Notes: generated by a model from the sequence alone, not told the origin. Positions 8,201-20,436 are shown, counted from the whole stretch's first letter. The stretch is 63,798 nucleotides of DNA, filler included, from Salisapilia sapeloensis CBS 127946 (GCA_023334545.1; 5 parts of 5 records of this genome joined end to end with filler, not necessarily neighbours in it), one strand, 5' to 3'. Translations and numbers: made by a program.

Positions 8201-10267
8201 CTACGCAAAGTGCTTCAATTTCTTCGTTGGTGACTCAATGTCGCGTAGATCTCTTCCAGAGAATTTGCGCTGCTGCTTCGGAGGTAACTTGTGCTTCCAA
8301 AGAGTGCAGTTCGCTAGGTATTTCGGACACTTGTCATGACGGTTCGTTCCTTTGCATTTCTCGTTTCCAGTCTTCTCGAAGCCTTCACACCATGTCCATT
8401 GGTAGTGTTCACAACTACGAATCTTCGTTCCTTCAAAAGTTGTCGGAACTGCTCGGACGAGTACAGGAGATATGTCTTCCATTAACTGTTTCTCTAGAGC
8501 CGTTGGCTCGTACTTCTTTCCGTGACTGGCACAGTAAGCCGAATGCGCTCGTCTCTTTGCTTCAGTACAGCGATTGCATATCTGAAAGGAGCTCATAAAC
8601 TTTTCCAGGTTGATATACCCGTCATTAGCTGTGTCCAGGAGCTCAAACGTTTGCTGCCATTCAGGCGAGACAGTTACCGCTTGACTGAAAAGATCGTCGC
8701 CATTTTCCTTATCAAACGCCTCACGAATTTGATGACGCTCCATCATAAGATGAAATTGAGGTAACGTCAGAGTATTCGTAGTTGGATCACAGAACGTGTG
8801 GAATATCTGGACGAGTTTAAAGTCAGAGATATCTGGTGTGATAGATATCTTCGAAATCTTCGCTGCACCCGTCGTTGGATGTGGTGGTCCGATCACAGAC
8901 GTCGTAATGACCGGCGGTGGTGCTTTACCACCTAATCCAACCGTTTTCGTCTGGCGTGGCTTTTGAACGTCCGAATTGATGAGAGACATAGGCACTACTT
9001 GTTCCGGAGTAAACGTCTGCATGAAGTCGCTTTGTTTAAAAGATGTCTTTGCCATTGTCATCGCAGCAACAGCCTTTGCTTGGTAATTAGCTGCTTGACT
9101 AGCAAGCAAAGCATTCTTTTGTGCGGCAGACAATTGAACTGCTTGCTCCAGAACATTTGCATCAAAGTTGCTTAAGTTGTCCAGAGATGAAATTGGGTAG
9201 TAGGGCATGTTGTTACTTTCGTGTGCTGTCATTTGTGCTTGGGCATACATACTAGCCACCTCATCTGAATTGTTCAACGAGTAGTCTAAAGAACCTTGAT
9301 CTGGAACTTTATGAGGTAGTTGGAAGTACTGCCCAAAGTAGCTTTCGCTTTGCATCATAGACGGCTGAATATTTGGATTAGGCGCAATCTTTCGCATGCG
9401 GTTGCTACCACTCTTACCGAGACTTGACTTACTTGACTCTTTCTGCAGAAGCTCCGACTCTGCTTGCATCATTGCGAATATGTCTTCTTCCGTAAGAGAT
9501 GGAATATCTGCGTCCGATTCATATTGAGACACAAGATGATCGTCTTCTTTCCCAGAGCTTTTGACATGGTACCGAGATAGATCCTCTCCACTTGGACTTG
9601 TAAGTCGCATCCCCTTCTCAAAGGACGACATTCGCAACGGCGACCAGGCATCTGACTGAGGCGTCGATGCAGCGTTTATACGCTGCGTGATAATTGGAGG
9701 AGGCCTATTGCTTGCACCCATTGATGCCCACGCAGTATTATCATCCAAGCCAGCAGTACCCAAAATGTTTTGGTCATTTGATGACACTCGATCATTTCCT
9801 TCGTCTTCATCTTGTGTACCATCGGTTTCTGCATCCTGTCTGCGATAGCTGAATGTTGTTTCCTCTACCTTGACTATACAGGCACGTGTAGTTAGTCGAC
9901 AATGCCGATTAGATAAGCAAATCATGTTGTGGTAACCTTGCTCCGTTTCGTTTGATGCACTCTTGTCAGCGCTTACTTTGGCAATGGTAACATCAGACTT
10001 CTTCGGCGATTCCTCTTGTAAGAAGTCATCAAATAGTTTTGCGTCATCGCTTTGCTCGTTCAGAAATGCAGTTGCAACGGAATCCGACTTCCACCAATCT
10101 AAATAAGATGAGCAATGATAGGAGCTGGCAACGAATCGGCACATAGGATGTGTACCTTCACCATCGATAGCTTCGCCATCAGTTGTAGAGAAGAAGGCTT
10201 CGAAATCCCACAACTCATCGGTCACCTCTGGACTACTTGTCAGATTGGTCTCTGCAGCACTTGTCAT
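8201..10267 (-). CDS. Hypothetical protein with EF-hand-like helices and a Cys/His-rich C-terminal domain; probably two introns
   Basis: Long ORF with likely ATG at 10267. EF-hand-like FELLDTANDGYINLEKF; C-terminal CNRC..C..CEHYQWTWC..C...RHDKCPKYLANCTLWKH. Intron-like segments at 10099-10155 and 9874-9936. Confidence 0.75.
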   Translation of the reverse strand: MTSAAETNLTSSPEVTDELWDFEAFFSTTDGEAIDGEGTHPMCRFVASSYHCSSYLDWWKSDSVATAFLNEQSDDAKLFDDFLQEESPKKSDVTIAKVSADKSASNETEQGYHNMICLSNRHCRLTTRACIVKVEETTFSYRRQDAETDGTQDEDEGNDRVSSNDQNILGTAGLDDNTAWASMGASNRPPPIITQRINAASTPQSDAWSPLRMSSFEKGMRLTSPSGEDLSRYHVKSSGKEDDHLVSQYESDADIPSLTEEDIFAMMQAESELLQKESSKSSLGKSGSNRMRKIAPNPNIQPSMMQSESYFGQYFQLPHKVPDQGSLDYSLNNSDEVASMYAQAQMTAHESNNMPYYPISSLDNLSNFDANVLEQAVQLSAAQKNALLASQAANYQAKAVAAMTMAKTSFKQSDFMQTFTPEQVVPMSLINSDVQKPRQTKTVGLGGKAPPPVITTSVIGPPHPTTGAAKISKISITPDISDFKLVQIFHTFCDPTTNTLTLPQFHLMMERHQIREAFDKENGDDLFSQAVTVSPEWQQTFELLDTANDGYINLEKFMSSFQICNRCTEAKRRAHSAYCASHGKKYEPTALEKQLMEDISPVLVRAVPTTFEGTKIRSCEHYQWTWCEGFEKTGNEKCKGTNRHDKCPKYLANCTLWKHKLPPKQQRKFSGRDLRDIESPTKKLKHFA

Positions 10268-10738
10268 GGATAAAAGCTCCGTCGATGGTATTACGCCGAT
10301 AGGTGACGAGAGATTTTGTGTCAACACTTGTCGATGGCAGCTCAACGCGAAGTGTTTATAAAGAGATCGCAACGCTGTAAGTCATAAATAGACCTCTGCA
10401 CAAAGATACAACAGTCTTATCTCATTTTCGTTCACTTCCGTTTACATTCGTTCTATGTTTAGCAGGCAAATTTGAAGTCTCGCTAGCTTTCTTTACAGCC
10501 TAGTTCACATCTACATTCAGCAATACAGACAACCAAGTAGATTCCCCGTTCAATCAGCAGCTTTTCATCATTTCCCTGTTTCAGTTATTGCTTTTACTTT
10601 CATCTAGATCTGGGTCATGATGCTATGAACTAAACCGCGCTTCCTGACTCTAAAAGCATAGAGTTTCTATGAAAGGATGATCAAAATAGCTTTCCGTTTC
10701 GAGTATGTTCATAGTAGCACGTAGCTTGTACTTTCAAA

Positions 10739-12475
10739 ATGACTAAAGTCAAGCAGCCATCAACAGATACAAGTAGCAGCTTGGCTGGGGAAGATGATGA
10801 CATTTATCGGATCCGCGTCGTTCACATCTTTCAATCGCCATCGTCCACAATCGAGCCAGCTTTTGGCTTCTATGGTCTTGGTCTTGAAATCATAGGCTTT
10901 GCTAGGGAAAGCAAGAAGAAAGTAAGTCAAACGCTTGAGTTTCCAATTGCTGGTGGTGCTACGAAGCAAGACTTGTCTAAATTAGAATCAGTCATTGGGC
11001 CGTACATTGTACGTGTCCGATCCATGCTGACATTATCTTCATCGAACTCACCCTTTAATGCATCCGAGACGGAAGTCGTTCAACAAGTTCAAGACGTACA
11101 AATCAACGATACGATAGCATACGTTGGAATGAAAGAGATATGCAAAAACAATTTTGCATCCAGTCGTGATATTTATGAAAAACTTCATCAAACCATATCC
11201 ACCACTAGCATCGACAGACCCTACATCATTCGATTCCGACGATCAAATTTGGCTCAAGCAACAGCGAAGATAATTCCATTCGCCCGAAGATCGGACGTAC
11301 AGGCAGCACAAATGGAACGATTTAAAGCACTTCAGGAACGAGAGAAAGAAGTATCACGATCTGACCATCTTCGAAACCAATGGGCATTGCATCAATTAAA
11401 CTGGAAGACTGAAAGAAGACTATATAGTCACCTGATAGGCGATTTATTGATTCAAGCGTATGCTGATGTGATGAGAGACGGTAAATGGCAGGCATATGAA
11501 TTCGAAAAACGGCTTTGGTATTATAACTCGGAAACCATGAGACTCATCGCTGAGCATCCTATCCGTCGTCATATCTCGACAGAACAACTTATTACAATGA
11601 CTCGACTACGGTACCGGATCATCGTGAATAGAGTTAAACGAGCTGGTAGAAGATTTCTTCTTGTATGCAGAACTATCAAAGCGGTTAATAGCAAACTGGT
11701 CGATACATATTTCGAAACTGCGTTTGAGAAAGCATTAAGGAGAAAGGAGAAAAAGGCTGTACTATTGCCTAAAGAAACAGAGGCCAAACGTTTAAAAGAC
11801 CCTGAAGAAAACATAGAAGCTGTCCTTCCGGACAAAGATAAGGCCTATCATGTGGAAAGTTTGGACAAGGAGAAAGCACCTAGCGCTCTTGTGGGACCTG
11901 AAAATAACTGTAAACAGGTAGTGAAAGAGGATGAAGTGCATGTCCTTCCTAAATGCACAGGTGCAACGGAAAACAACAAGAGTGATGCAGACGATAATTG
12001 GAAAGAGAAGCTGACACTACTCAAGACAAATTTACAAGTAAAGAGGACCTCACCGGGTAAACGGCAGCGGTCAAAGGCGACGCAGTATGACTTTCCGAAG
12101 TCACCAACTCGTAACAAAGGTGTCCAGTCATGGACTGAACTCCCCTCCATTTCAACTGAATCCCAGACAGAGATTGAAACGATAAAGATATCCGCATCAA
12201 AAGAGTCACTAACCACGTCTACTCAAACAATAGAGAAACATACAAACAACTCAAGCACTACATTGCCATCAGTATATTCAGTGGCTGGATTACCAGGCTA
12301 TGTTCCAATAAGGCCCGTAACGATATACCCTGAAAACCCATATCCGGCGGAACATTTTGTACCGTATTCCGTCCCAACGCATCAGCCGGAATATTTCTCT
12401 CGGCGCTATCCAACCCAAACTACAAAGACATCATATTCAAGTGAATTACCTTATATTTACCAGAAGCAGCCATAA
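10739..12475 (+). CDS. Hypothetical protein, possible PDZ-like, degenerate WW and IQ-like motifs
   Basis: 578-aa ORF. FGFYGLGLEI...QINDTIAYVG...PYIIRFRR (PDZ-like); GKWQAYEFEKRLWYYNSET..HP (WW-like); IVNRVKRAGRRFL (IQ-like). Domain calls are tentative. Confidence 0.6.
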   Translation: MTKVKQPSTDTSSSLAGEDDDIYRIRVVHIFQSPSSTIEPAFGFYGLGLEIIGFARESKKKVSQTLEFPIAGGATKQDLSKLESVIGPYIVRVRSMLTLSSSNSPFNASETEVVQQVQDVQINDTIAYVGMKEICKNNFASSRDIYEKLHQTISTTSIDRPYIIRFRRSNLAQATAKIIPFARRSDVQAAQMERFKALQEREKEVSRSDHLRNQWALHQLNWKTERRLYSHLIGDLLIQAYADVMRDGKWQAYEFEKRLWYYNSETMRLIAEHPIRRHISTEQLITMTRLRYRIIVNRVKRAGRRFLLVCRTIKAVNSKLVDTYFETAFEKALRRKEKKAVLLPKETEAKRLKDPEENIEAVLPDKDKAYHVESLDKEKAPSALVGPENNCKQVVKEDEVHVLPKCTGATENNKSDADDNWKEKLTLLKTNLQVKRTSPGKRQRSKATQYDFPKSPTRNKGVQSWTELPSISTESQTEIETIKISASKESLTTSTQTIEKHTNNSSTTLPSVYSVAGLPGYVPIRPVTIYPENPYPAEHFVPYSVPTHQPEYFSRRYPTQTTKTSYSSELPYIYQKQP

Positions 12476-13040
12476 GCTACGTAAAGATGCAAGGATAAGA
12501 AGCCTTTCGTGTTTATACAAGCTACCGGGTCGCTGCTTTATGGGTATACTATCAGAGTCTGTATTAAGCATCAAGAAACAGGTAGTAGAGTGCAAAAGAT
12601 ACTACACGAAGGAAGTATTAAGCTGCATTTGAAAAGCTGAGGATCAGAAGCTATTTATTTTTACCTACAACGTTCCAAAGGAATGCCTCGTATGACCATT
12701 GAAGTATATAAATGAAAGTTTTGCTTTCAAAAGAAACTTTTATAAGCAATGGAGTCTCATCTGTTGTCCAAGTTTCCACGTCTCTCGATTGTACTGATCT
12801 ACGCCATGACAAAGATACCTAGCTCAACACTTCAACCTCGTATCCGCAGACTGTACCTATCTTGGCATCAATCGAACACTGCTTGGACGACAGATAAGTG
12901 ATAGAAAAACAGACATGGAATGATTTGAATGACTTGTTTGTATTAGTTGTAAGAGGTTATGCGAATGAAGAGGTGGATGCGCGTCCGATGTCACCATGTC
13001 TTGCCTCCTCCCGCGTGCCTTCAACTGTCGTCCGTCGACT

Positions 13041-14075
13041 CTAATTGTCACTCTTGAGCTTTCGGACGTACTCGCCAAGTCGGTGCTGAGCCTTGTTCGC
13101 AATCTTTTATATATTCAAGATAAAGACATTGAGGCAACTTAATAAAAGAAATCGAGCCAAGGGCTCCGAGGAAAGTGACGCTTTACCGGAATGTTCGGGT
13201 TCACAGCCAAGAGCGCGCGAATGTCTTGCAGCGCAAGTCGGTAGCGTTCCATGCCTTCGTACGCTAACGCACGACGGAGCAACGCTTTCTGGTTCTTCGC
13301 ATCGTGCTCAAGCACGTGCGTGCAATCTTCGATGACGCCAGAAAAGTTGCTCAGCTGCTGGTAACACGCCGCCCTGTTGTTGTAGCAGGAGATGGCGACA
13401 GCACTGCCATGGTCCGTGCAGGCCTCCAAAGCCTTTGTATACAGTTCGATGGCGCCATCAAAATCAGCTTTCTTGAACGCATCGTTTCCATCCTCCTTCA
13501 TCTGTTCGTCCCTTGGCATGGAAGACCGCTTGGACTTTTCCAGCTCTTCTTTCAAAGGCTCGACTTCCGCTAGAAGACGAGACAGATCGCTGTTGTTAAA
13601 ATCGACCTTTTGACCGGCTCGGATGGTCGCAAGCGCTTCGTCATATTTGCCCAGGCCCTTGAGAGCAACACCATGACGGTGGTAACCTAATGGATCCAAG
13701 TGAGTATGATATAGACAGGAGATTAATCAAGCAGCATACCCTTAATGAAGGAAGGGTTCAGCTGGATGCATTTCGCGGCATCCGACGCTGCTTCCTCATG
13801 CTTGCCCCATCCATTGTAGGCAGCACTGTCATATATGTCAGCAAATGGCCTTTGGAGTTAGACAGAATGAAGCATACCTTCGGTTCGAGTAGTAGACGTG
13901 GTTCGAGCCGTCGATTTCAATGGCCTCCGTGTATGCCTTAATCGCCGGCTCGTACTGTTTGTTCTTAAAGAACTCATTGCCTTCACTGTACACCAGTTAT
14001 ATAAGCATGCCTGAACTACCATCTACAAGTCGTATAAACATACTTCTTCTTCGCATCAGCTTCGGGATTCCCCAT
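13041..14075 (-). CDS. TPR-repeat co-chaperone-like protein (STI1/Hop-type TPR domains), about 5 exons
   Basis: Spliced reading MGNPEADAKKNEGNEFFKNKQYEPAIKAYTEAIEID..NHVYYSNRSAAY; second TPR set KEDGNDAFKKADFDGAIELYTKAL..YNNRAACYQQL..KALLRRALAYE; last exon IANKAQHRLGEYVRKLKSDN* (TAG at 13041-13043). Confidence 0.85.
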
Positions 14076-14387
14076 CGTGGTCGAGTGGTATCAATTAACG
14101 GGATGTGCCCCTGGATCTTCAGATGTACCAACTCCAGTCTTTCTGTCTTTGAAAATACACATCAGATACCATATCATTTGGATAGTAGACATATACAACT
14201 AATTTTCTAGATCACCTATGTAATTTTTTACCAATCATCTCTAAAAACATAATCTTATTGACCAATCCTATAGATCCAATGTAGTGTCGTTCGGAAACAT
14301 TTTCAGTCTGGATTTTGCGTTGCCGAGAGCAAGTCGAGTTTCGTTTCTTTTTGTTGTTGCACTTGGGCAGAGCTACGGAAGTTGACG

Positions 14388-17106
14388 ATGGATAATTCAT
14401 GGCGGAATGAGATTGATGAAAATGAGCGGAAGAGTATGATTACGCAGATGTATGTATTTCGTTGACTTGCATTCATCTTTCCGCGCGGGAAAAAATGTTG
14501 GAGGTTACAGTGCAGAAGCTGATGAGGATGGATGTAGGTATCATGAACTATTGCGCATATCAGGTGAAAGCGATAAGCAGAAAGTATGGAGCTCAGCGGC
14601 GAAATTCGAATTGTTGCACTGGACTAAGAGCACGGACCGTGTAAGAAACCTTCTTGACTATGTCGACTCGTGGACGATTTAGCTTATGACGGTTGTTTGT
14701 ACATTGCAGAATACGTACATGAACAAGATGCAAAGCAAGATCATGACGTTAAAAAACCGACCGGCGACGGGCGGACAGAATGTGCAGCAGCAAGCGCAGG
14801 CCGCTCCTCAGCAGCCGCAACAGCCTTCACAGCCTCCTCAGCCCCAACAGCCTCCGCAGATGCAAGCAGCACAGCCTGCTCAACCGAACCAGCAAATGCA
14901 AGCTATGATGCAATCGGGGAACAACATGCAGGCGAATGGAAATAACTTATCGAATATGTCGCACTCCATGGCGGGACAAGGGAATTATAATGGCAACATG
15001 AGCTCTGGAATGCCTGCGCAACAAACTCATCAGCCTTTCACTTCCAGCTCGATGAATTACAACCAGCAAGCTTCGCAAGCGAATCCGACAAACCAACATG
15101 CGCAGCAGCAGGCTACGTCAATGGCCCAAACGTCGTCTGCGATGGGTCAGCAAAGCCAGCAGCAGCAACAGGCACAGCAGTGGCTCCAGCGAGTTCAAGT
15201 TCAGTTCCAGGCGCAGCAGCAGCAATTGCTCAACTCACAAAACCAAGAGACGCAACGGTTGAGACAGCAGCAATTGCAGGAGCAACAGACGTTGGCGGGT
15301 CAGTTGCAACAACAAGGAGCAACGGACGAGCAGAAGCGATTGCAAATGCAGCAACAGCAACAGCAGCATGCTGCTGCGAGGGAGCAGCAGCTGAAGGCGC
15401 ATAAGAATAAGCAAGCTCAGTTGAAGAAAAAGCAACAAGAGTACTTGAAGCAAAAGCGACAGCAGATCCAGCAGCAAGGCCAGTTGAACGTTTCTGCGCC
15501 GCCGAATACGTCGACGATGATGGCTTCGAATGTAAATTCGAACATGAACACGAATCAAAGTGCAAATGTCCAGACGAACGCTTCGGCTGCGATGCGAACG
15601 ATGCCTCAGCAAACACAACCAGCTCCGAATCTCGCGCAGAATGGCGTCAAGCAGGAGCAATTGTCTGCTGCGCATGAACAGCAAGCGAGAGATCGTGCGG
15701 CTCAACGAGCAGCGAACGCGACAGAGATGGCACAATCTGTGCCGGCTCATTCGATGCCTACGACCGCACCCGCTGCCACCACTACATCAAATAGTTCTGG
15801 AGCAGACGCAGCGTACGCCGAGCGTCTGAGTAAGATGCGAGCAAAGTACTGGGATGACCTTTTGCTCGTGTATCAAGAGTTCCAGCGGATGGTCAAGCAG
15901 AAGGGTTCGAATCCGAATCAACAGCAAGATCGTATCAACAACTTTTTGCAGAATCTCAAGCGCGTGATCGGACTATTGCAACAAGATCCGAGCAAGACGC
16001 AGAATGCTGGAAAGAATGATTTAGATCGAGTCGAAGCGCATATAGAGAAGCAAGTGCTGCCGATCCTCGCCAAGCTCAAGAGCAAGTCGAGGACGACGAC
16101 TGCTCCGACGCCAGCTCCTACCACGAGCACAGCTCCAGCAGTCTCGAACGTCCCGACGTCGACTACGAATGCTCAGCAAGAAGCTTGGAAGAAGCAGCAG
16201 GAGGCACAACGTGCAGCCAAAGCGAAGGAACAGCAGCAAAAGGCAGCGCAACAACGTGTAGAGCAACAGCGCAAGTTGAATGAACAGAAGAAGGCACAGG
16301 AAGAGGCGTTGAAGAAGCGTCAGGATGCGATGAAAGCGCAAGCGCAAGCGCCGACCTCGGCTCCTGCCACCGTAGACTTGACGACACCAGCGACGCAATC
16401 GACAAAGACGTCTGCACCTGTGTCGACTGCACCAGCGACACAGGCGTCGAGTCAGATGAACATCTCGACGGCTGCAGCCAACTTGACGCCAACGCAGTAT
16501 CGCAAGATGAAGCTACCGGATGCACAGAAGCAGCGACTGACTGCGGAGCATGCGAGACTTCGACAGCAGCAGCAGGAGATTATGGGAAAGCAGGCGCAGA
16601 CCAAGGCGCCGGGACAGCAGGCCAAGTTAGCGCAGCAAGCACAGCTGCTGGCGCAGATGATCACGAAGATCTCGCAGCAGTTGGTGCAGAACAAGGTTGC
16701 TGAGGAATACGAACGAGCGCAGCAGAAGACAAATGGCAGTGCTCCGGCTCCGGCTCCGGCTGCAGCTCCAGCTCCAGCTCCAGCTCCAGCTCCAGTTCCA
16801 GCGGCACCAGAGGTGAAGCCGGTGGAAGAAGCTCCTGCACCTGCAGCACCCGTTGCACCTGCAGCCCCCGTTGCTCCGGAAGCACCAAAGGAAGCACCAA
16901 AGGAAGAAGCGAGTAGTGTTAAGCTGGATGCTAGCTTCCAATCAGTCGTTCCGGATTTGTCGGCACTAGGTGCGTCGGAGAAACTGTTGACGGCAGTCGC
17001 AGCGTATGAGAAGCATAAGCCAGAGGTACTTGCTCGATCAGCAAAGAGGTTTGGACGTATCGCGACGACGATTGGTGCAACGTTGTCGACTTCTTTTGCT
17101 GCCTAG
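14388..17106 (+). CDS. KIX-domain, Gln-rich protein, Mediator subunit MED15-like, 3 exons
   Basis: Spliced N-terminus MDNSWRNEIDENERKSMITQMYHELL..AAKFELLHWTKSTDR|NTYMNKMQSKI fits the KIX_2/MED15 pattern. Followed by long polyQ tracts, a helical domain (KMRAKYWDDL..LDRVEAHIEKQVLP) and Ala/Pro repeats. Confidence 0.75.
16741..16905 (+). repeat. Coding hexamer tandem repeat (GCTCCG/GCTCCA)n encoding (AP)n, followed by APAAPV and EAPK repeats
   Basis: gctccggctccggctccggctgcagctccagctccagctccagctccagctcca..., then gcacccgttgcacct and gaagcaccaaag duplications. Confidence 0.9.
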
Positions 17107-17366
17107 TGTCTTGCAGGGTGCGAATATACTTACGTTCGTCTATTGATACGCTAAGTGTCTCCTATCAACTCGCATATGATTAATCTCCATCTTCCATCGT
17201 CTACAAGGAAGTAGAAAGGCATCAAGAGCATATATCCATACGAAAGGAAGCTAAGAATGAAAGCATGTCATTCTTCATCAAATATAAAATCTTTGGTTAT
17301 TCCTTTTCGTTTTTTATAACTAAAGGTCATGCAGATCCAACGTACTTGAGGTACTTGTTGAGATGC

Positions 17367-19024
17367 TCATGCATATGATGCCTGGTGCTTGGTCACGTTC
17401 ATCATCATCTGGCCTTTCACAGGTAACGTGATGGATGAGTCGTACGTGATCTCTTGACCAGACACGAGCGATAGATCGAAACTACTCAGTAAGCTTGCTG
17501 TGACAATCTTGAGCTCCATCAATGCGAGGTTCATGCCGATGCATCGGCGAGGACCAGCATGGAAGGAATTAAACTTGAACTCGGAGTATGCGATCAATTT
17601 GCCATGCTCATCGATGAATCTCTCCGGTCTAAATTCGCCCGCGTCTTCTCCCCATACGCTCTTCATACGAGCAAGTACGTAGGACGGAATGAAGACGTTG
17701 GTACCCTTCTTGATAAACGTCTTGTCGCTTAAAAGCACATCACGATTCGCTTGTCGTAGGTTTCTCGGGACTGGCGGATGCAGTCGTAGAGACTCTCGGA
17801 CGGTTGCCTCCAAGTACACAAGTCGTTCGCACTGTTCTTTCGTCGGTGCTTCGATTTCGCCACGCATGAGTTGAGGAATTTCAGCCTCCATCTCCTGACG
17901 TATCTTGGTCACTACCTCTGGATGGAGGTGGAGATTATAGAATAGCCACGCGAGTGATTGGGCGGTCGTATCTCGTCCAGCGATCATAAAGTTCACCACG
18001 ATATCTCGTAGATAGTTAGGATCAATAGACGAAGACCCGTTCTCCTTTTCGTGGTCCATGCCATCCAGAAAGAGTGCCACGAGGTTCTTCGTTTTCGTTT
18101 CATTCGACACAAAGCCCTTCTGCCTGTCTTCCAGTGACTGTGAAATGATGTCCATCACCGTCTTATTGATCACTTCCACATTGCGTGCGAGTTCTCCCTC
18201 GGAGCCGATTCGAAAGAAACGCATTGGTTTCCAGATCCAAGACGCATAGACGAAACGCAAGGAAGAGAGGCGTTGGCTCGAGTCGAAAGCGTATTCGAAC
18301 GGATGAGCTTCCTCCATCTCAAGACTCTTTAGCTCAGCGCCAAAACCGATCTCAGCAAATGCCTCCAGCGTAAGCTTCCCAAAGATTCGGGCCATGTCGA
18401 TCGGTTTCTGTTGGTCGACATGCCTTTGAAGAATCGTCTTTAACATGGTGACGTGCTTGTGGATTGTATTCGCCATAGAGTCTCGTAGAGACCGTGCAGT
18501 GAACAGACGACTGGCAACCTTGCGTTGGTGTTTCCACAAGTCACCGTCCACGGCAAAGATCCCGTTCTGGAGTACATCTCCAAGTCGTTCATGTAGATCG
18601 GAGCCCTACAGAGACCAACGAGTTAGACGATGTTTTCAACTGTATCAACCATGGCGTTCGAATGTAACGAAAGAGGACGTACCTTGTCAAAAGCCTCGAA
18701 CTGTGTCGACAGCACGTCCTCAATAAGTTCGGGCGTTGCAGCGACGACCTCGGGTTTCATACCCACAAACTGGTAGTAAAATGGTTTCCAATTCACTTTC
18801 TCACAGGTTTCCACGTCGACATCATGGAATTTCAGAAAGTTTCGCAGTATGAAGAAGGTATGGTGGAAGATGGGAAGATTGCCTGGGGCACTTATAGGAG
18901 GCGTACCTCGTTTCTCCAATTCGGATCGCGTGAGATAATCATAGCCTGAAGAAATACCGTACAATAGCACAGCTCCAGCCAAGGCTGTAGTCCAACTCGA
19001 GTTCCTTAGAAGTTCAATGTCCAT
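17367..19024 (-). CDS. Cytochrome P450, CYP86-clan-like (fatty-acid hydroxylase type), 2 exons
   Basis: N-terminal membrane anchor; intron 18606-18682; GIFAVDGDLWKHQRK; I-helix AGRDTT; ExxR (ESLR); PERF; heme motif FHAGPRRCIG. Confidence 0.95.
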
Positions 19025-20299
19025 CACCTTGTACTTCTTTTCAAATTATCGACTGGCAGTGTGAGAATGATAAATTGGAAAATGCCTCGTCTCCTACTAG
19101 TAGATCACCACCGAGTATGTACTCATCATGATTTGTCGAGTTTGGATACATGGAGACTAATACAGAAAGTAAGACAAAAGAATGTTGTTGTTGCGAAGGT
19201 TTCAAAATACATATAGCGACACATTTATTGACGTGGGCTCTGAAACCACCAAATGCGAGCTCAACCATTTTGAATAATCAAGGGTGTATTGCTCGTCATC
19301 CCCAGATTCGAAAGGCTAAAGATTAGTCGCAAGCGAATTCCAGAGCGTGCGACGATCAAGTCGCTGCTTCTCAATTATGCATAAACCAAGATTTAGAACC
19401 ATCTATATTCGTTTCTAGGTTGCCATTCGTTTTGCGTGCCTAGCAAATCATTGAGGTTGGTGACCTTGAAGTCGTGGCGTTGGGATGTCGCGTGGGAGGT
19501 ACTGCGGTCTGGTGCGCACATATCGTGATGCCATTTCTTGAGGCTGATGATATTGCGTACTATAGAGTATCAATTGTGTTGGTAGACTAGTCTTGCTGTC
19601 ATTCGGAGCTCCTGTCCTCTGTGGTTGTCGTGCCTTCCGAACTGATGCGAACTCGTGCTTTATGTTGTAGTGAATAGCAACACTGAGACGGAAATGTGAA
19701 AGCACCAGCCATATTATAATACATTCTGCAAGTTACCAAATCGTGTTTGAGCGCCGTATAATCTGGATTATGTAAAGTCGCTTCAGTCATTAGAAGCAAC
19801 AGCTCGATTGATACAACAAAAGAGAGATTACGAGCAAAGCAAAGAGATCTATTTTCATATGCAACTTGCCCTTTGTAGTGCAAAAATAGATTTAGGTCGC
19901 CGTCGTGGGTCTCGTTTGTAATAGTAATCTGAAAACTTGGCCACGTACAAGGTGTATTCGCGTGTACGCATCAAAAGCAGGTAGAAAGATATAAAAGTAG
20001 TTGCGGAGTGTTACCTCTTCTGTTTTAGATGAATCTTCGCATACATATCCGACGTGGACTCGATAATGCTCCATCGAGTTGTTACTACCACTGGGGGTCA
20101 ATTCGTCTGGCGCTGAGTTTATGTATTGACCACTTCGAAAGTTATATATACAAAGTTTTGTATGTACAGACGTAAAGTAGATGCAGGGCGCACGTGGTGC
20201 ATGCATAAAGGGCAGCAAATTAAAGCAATTATATACATCCGGTAGTTTGAACATTGTAACTAAATTTATTATAATACATTTTGCTTCCACTTTCCATAT

Positions 20300-20380
20300 G
20301 ACAGCTTGGCCGAGTGGTTAAGGCGATAGACTAGAAATCTATTGGGGCAACCCGCGTGAGTTCAAATCTCACAGCTGTCG
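20300..20380 (+). tRNA. tRNA-Ser(AGA)
   Basis: Acceptor GACAGCT/AGCTGTC plus G discriminator; D-loop GGCCGAGTGGTTAAGGC; anticodon stem ATAGA/TCTAT with loop CT-AGA-AA; long variable arm; T-arm GTGAG-TTCAAAT-CTCAC; T-runs downstream. Confidence 0.95.
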
Positions 20381-20436
20381 AAATCTTTTGCTTTTTTGTC
20401 TTGTTACTTTCATGTTGCACAGATACTCTGGGTGCG

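Noticed and set aside
16741-16905. Tandem repeat considered as a CRISPR-like or satellite array
   Set aside because: Coding hexamer microsatellite with no spacers, in a eukaryotic gene.
15180-16941. Many overlapping antisense and alternate-frame ORFs rich in L/C/A
   Set aside because: By-products of CAG/GCT-rich polyQ and (AP)n coding in the MED15-like gene.
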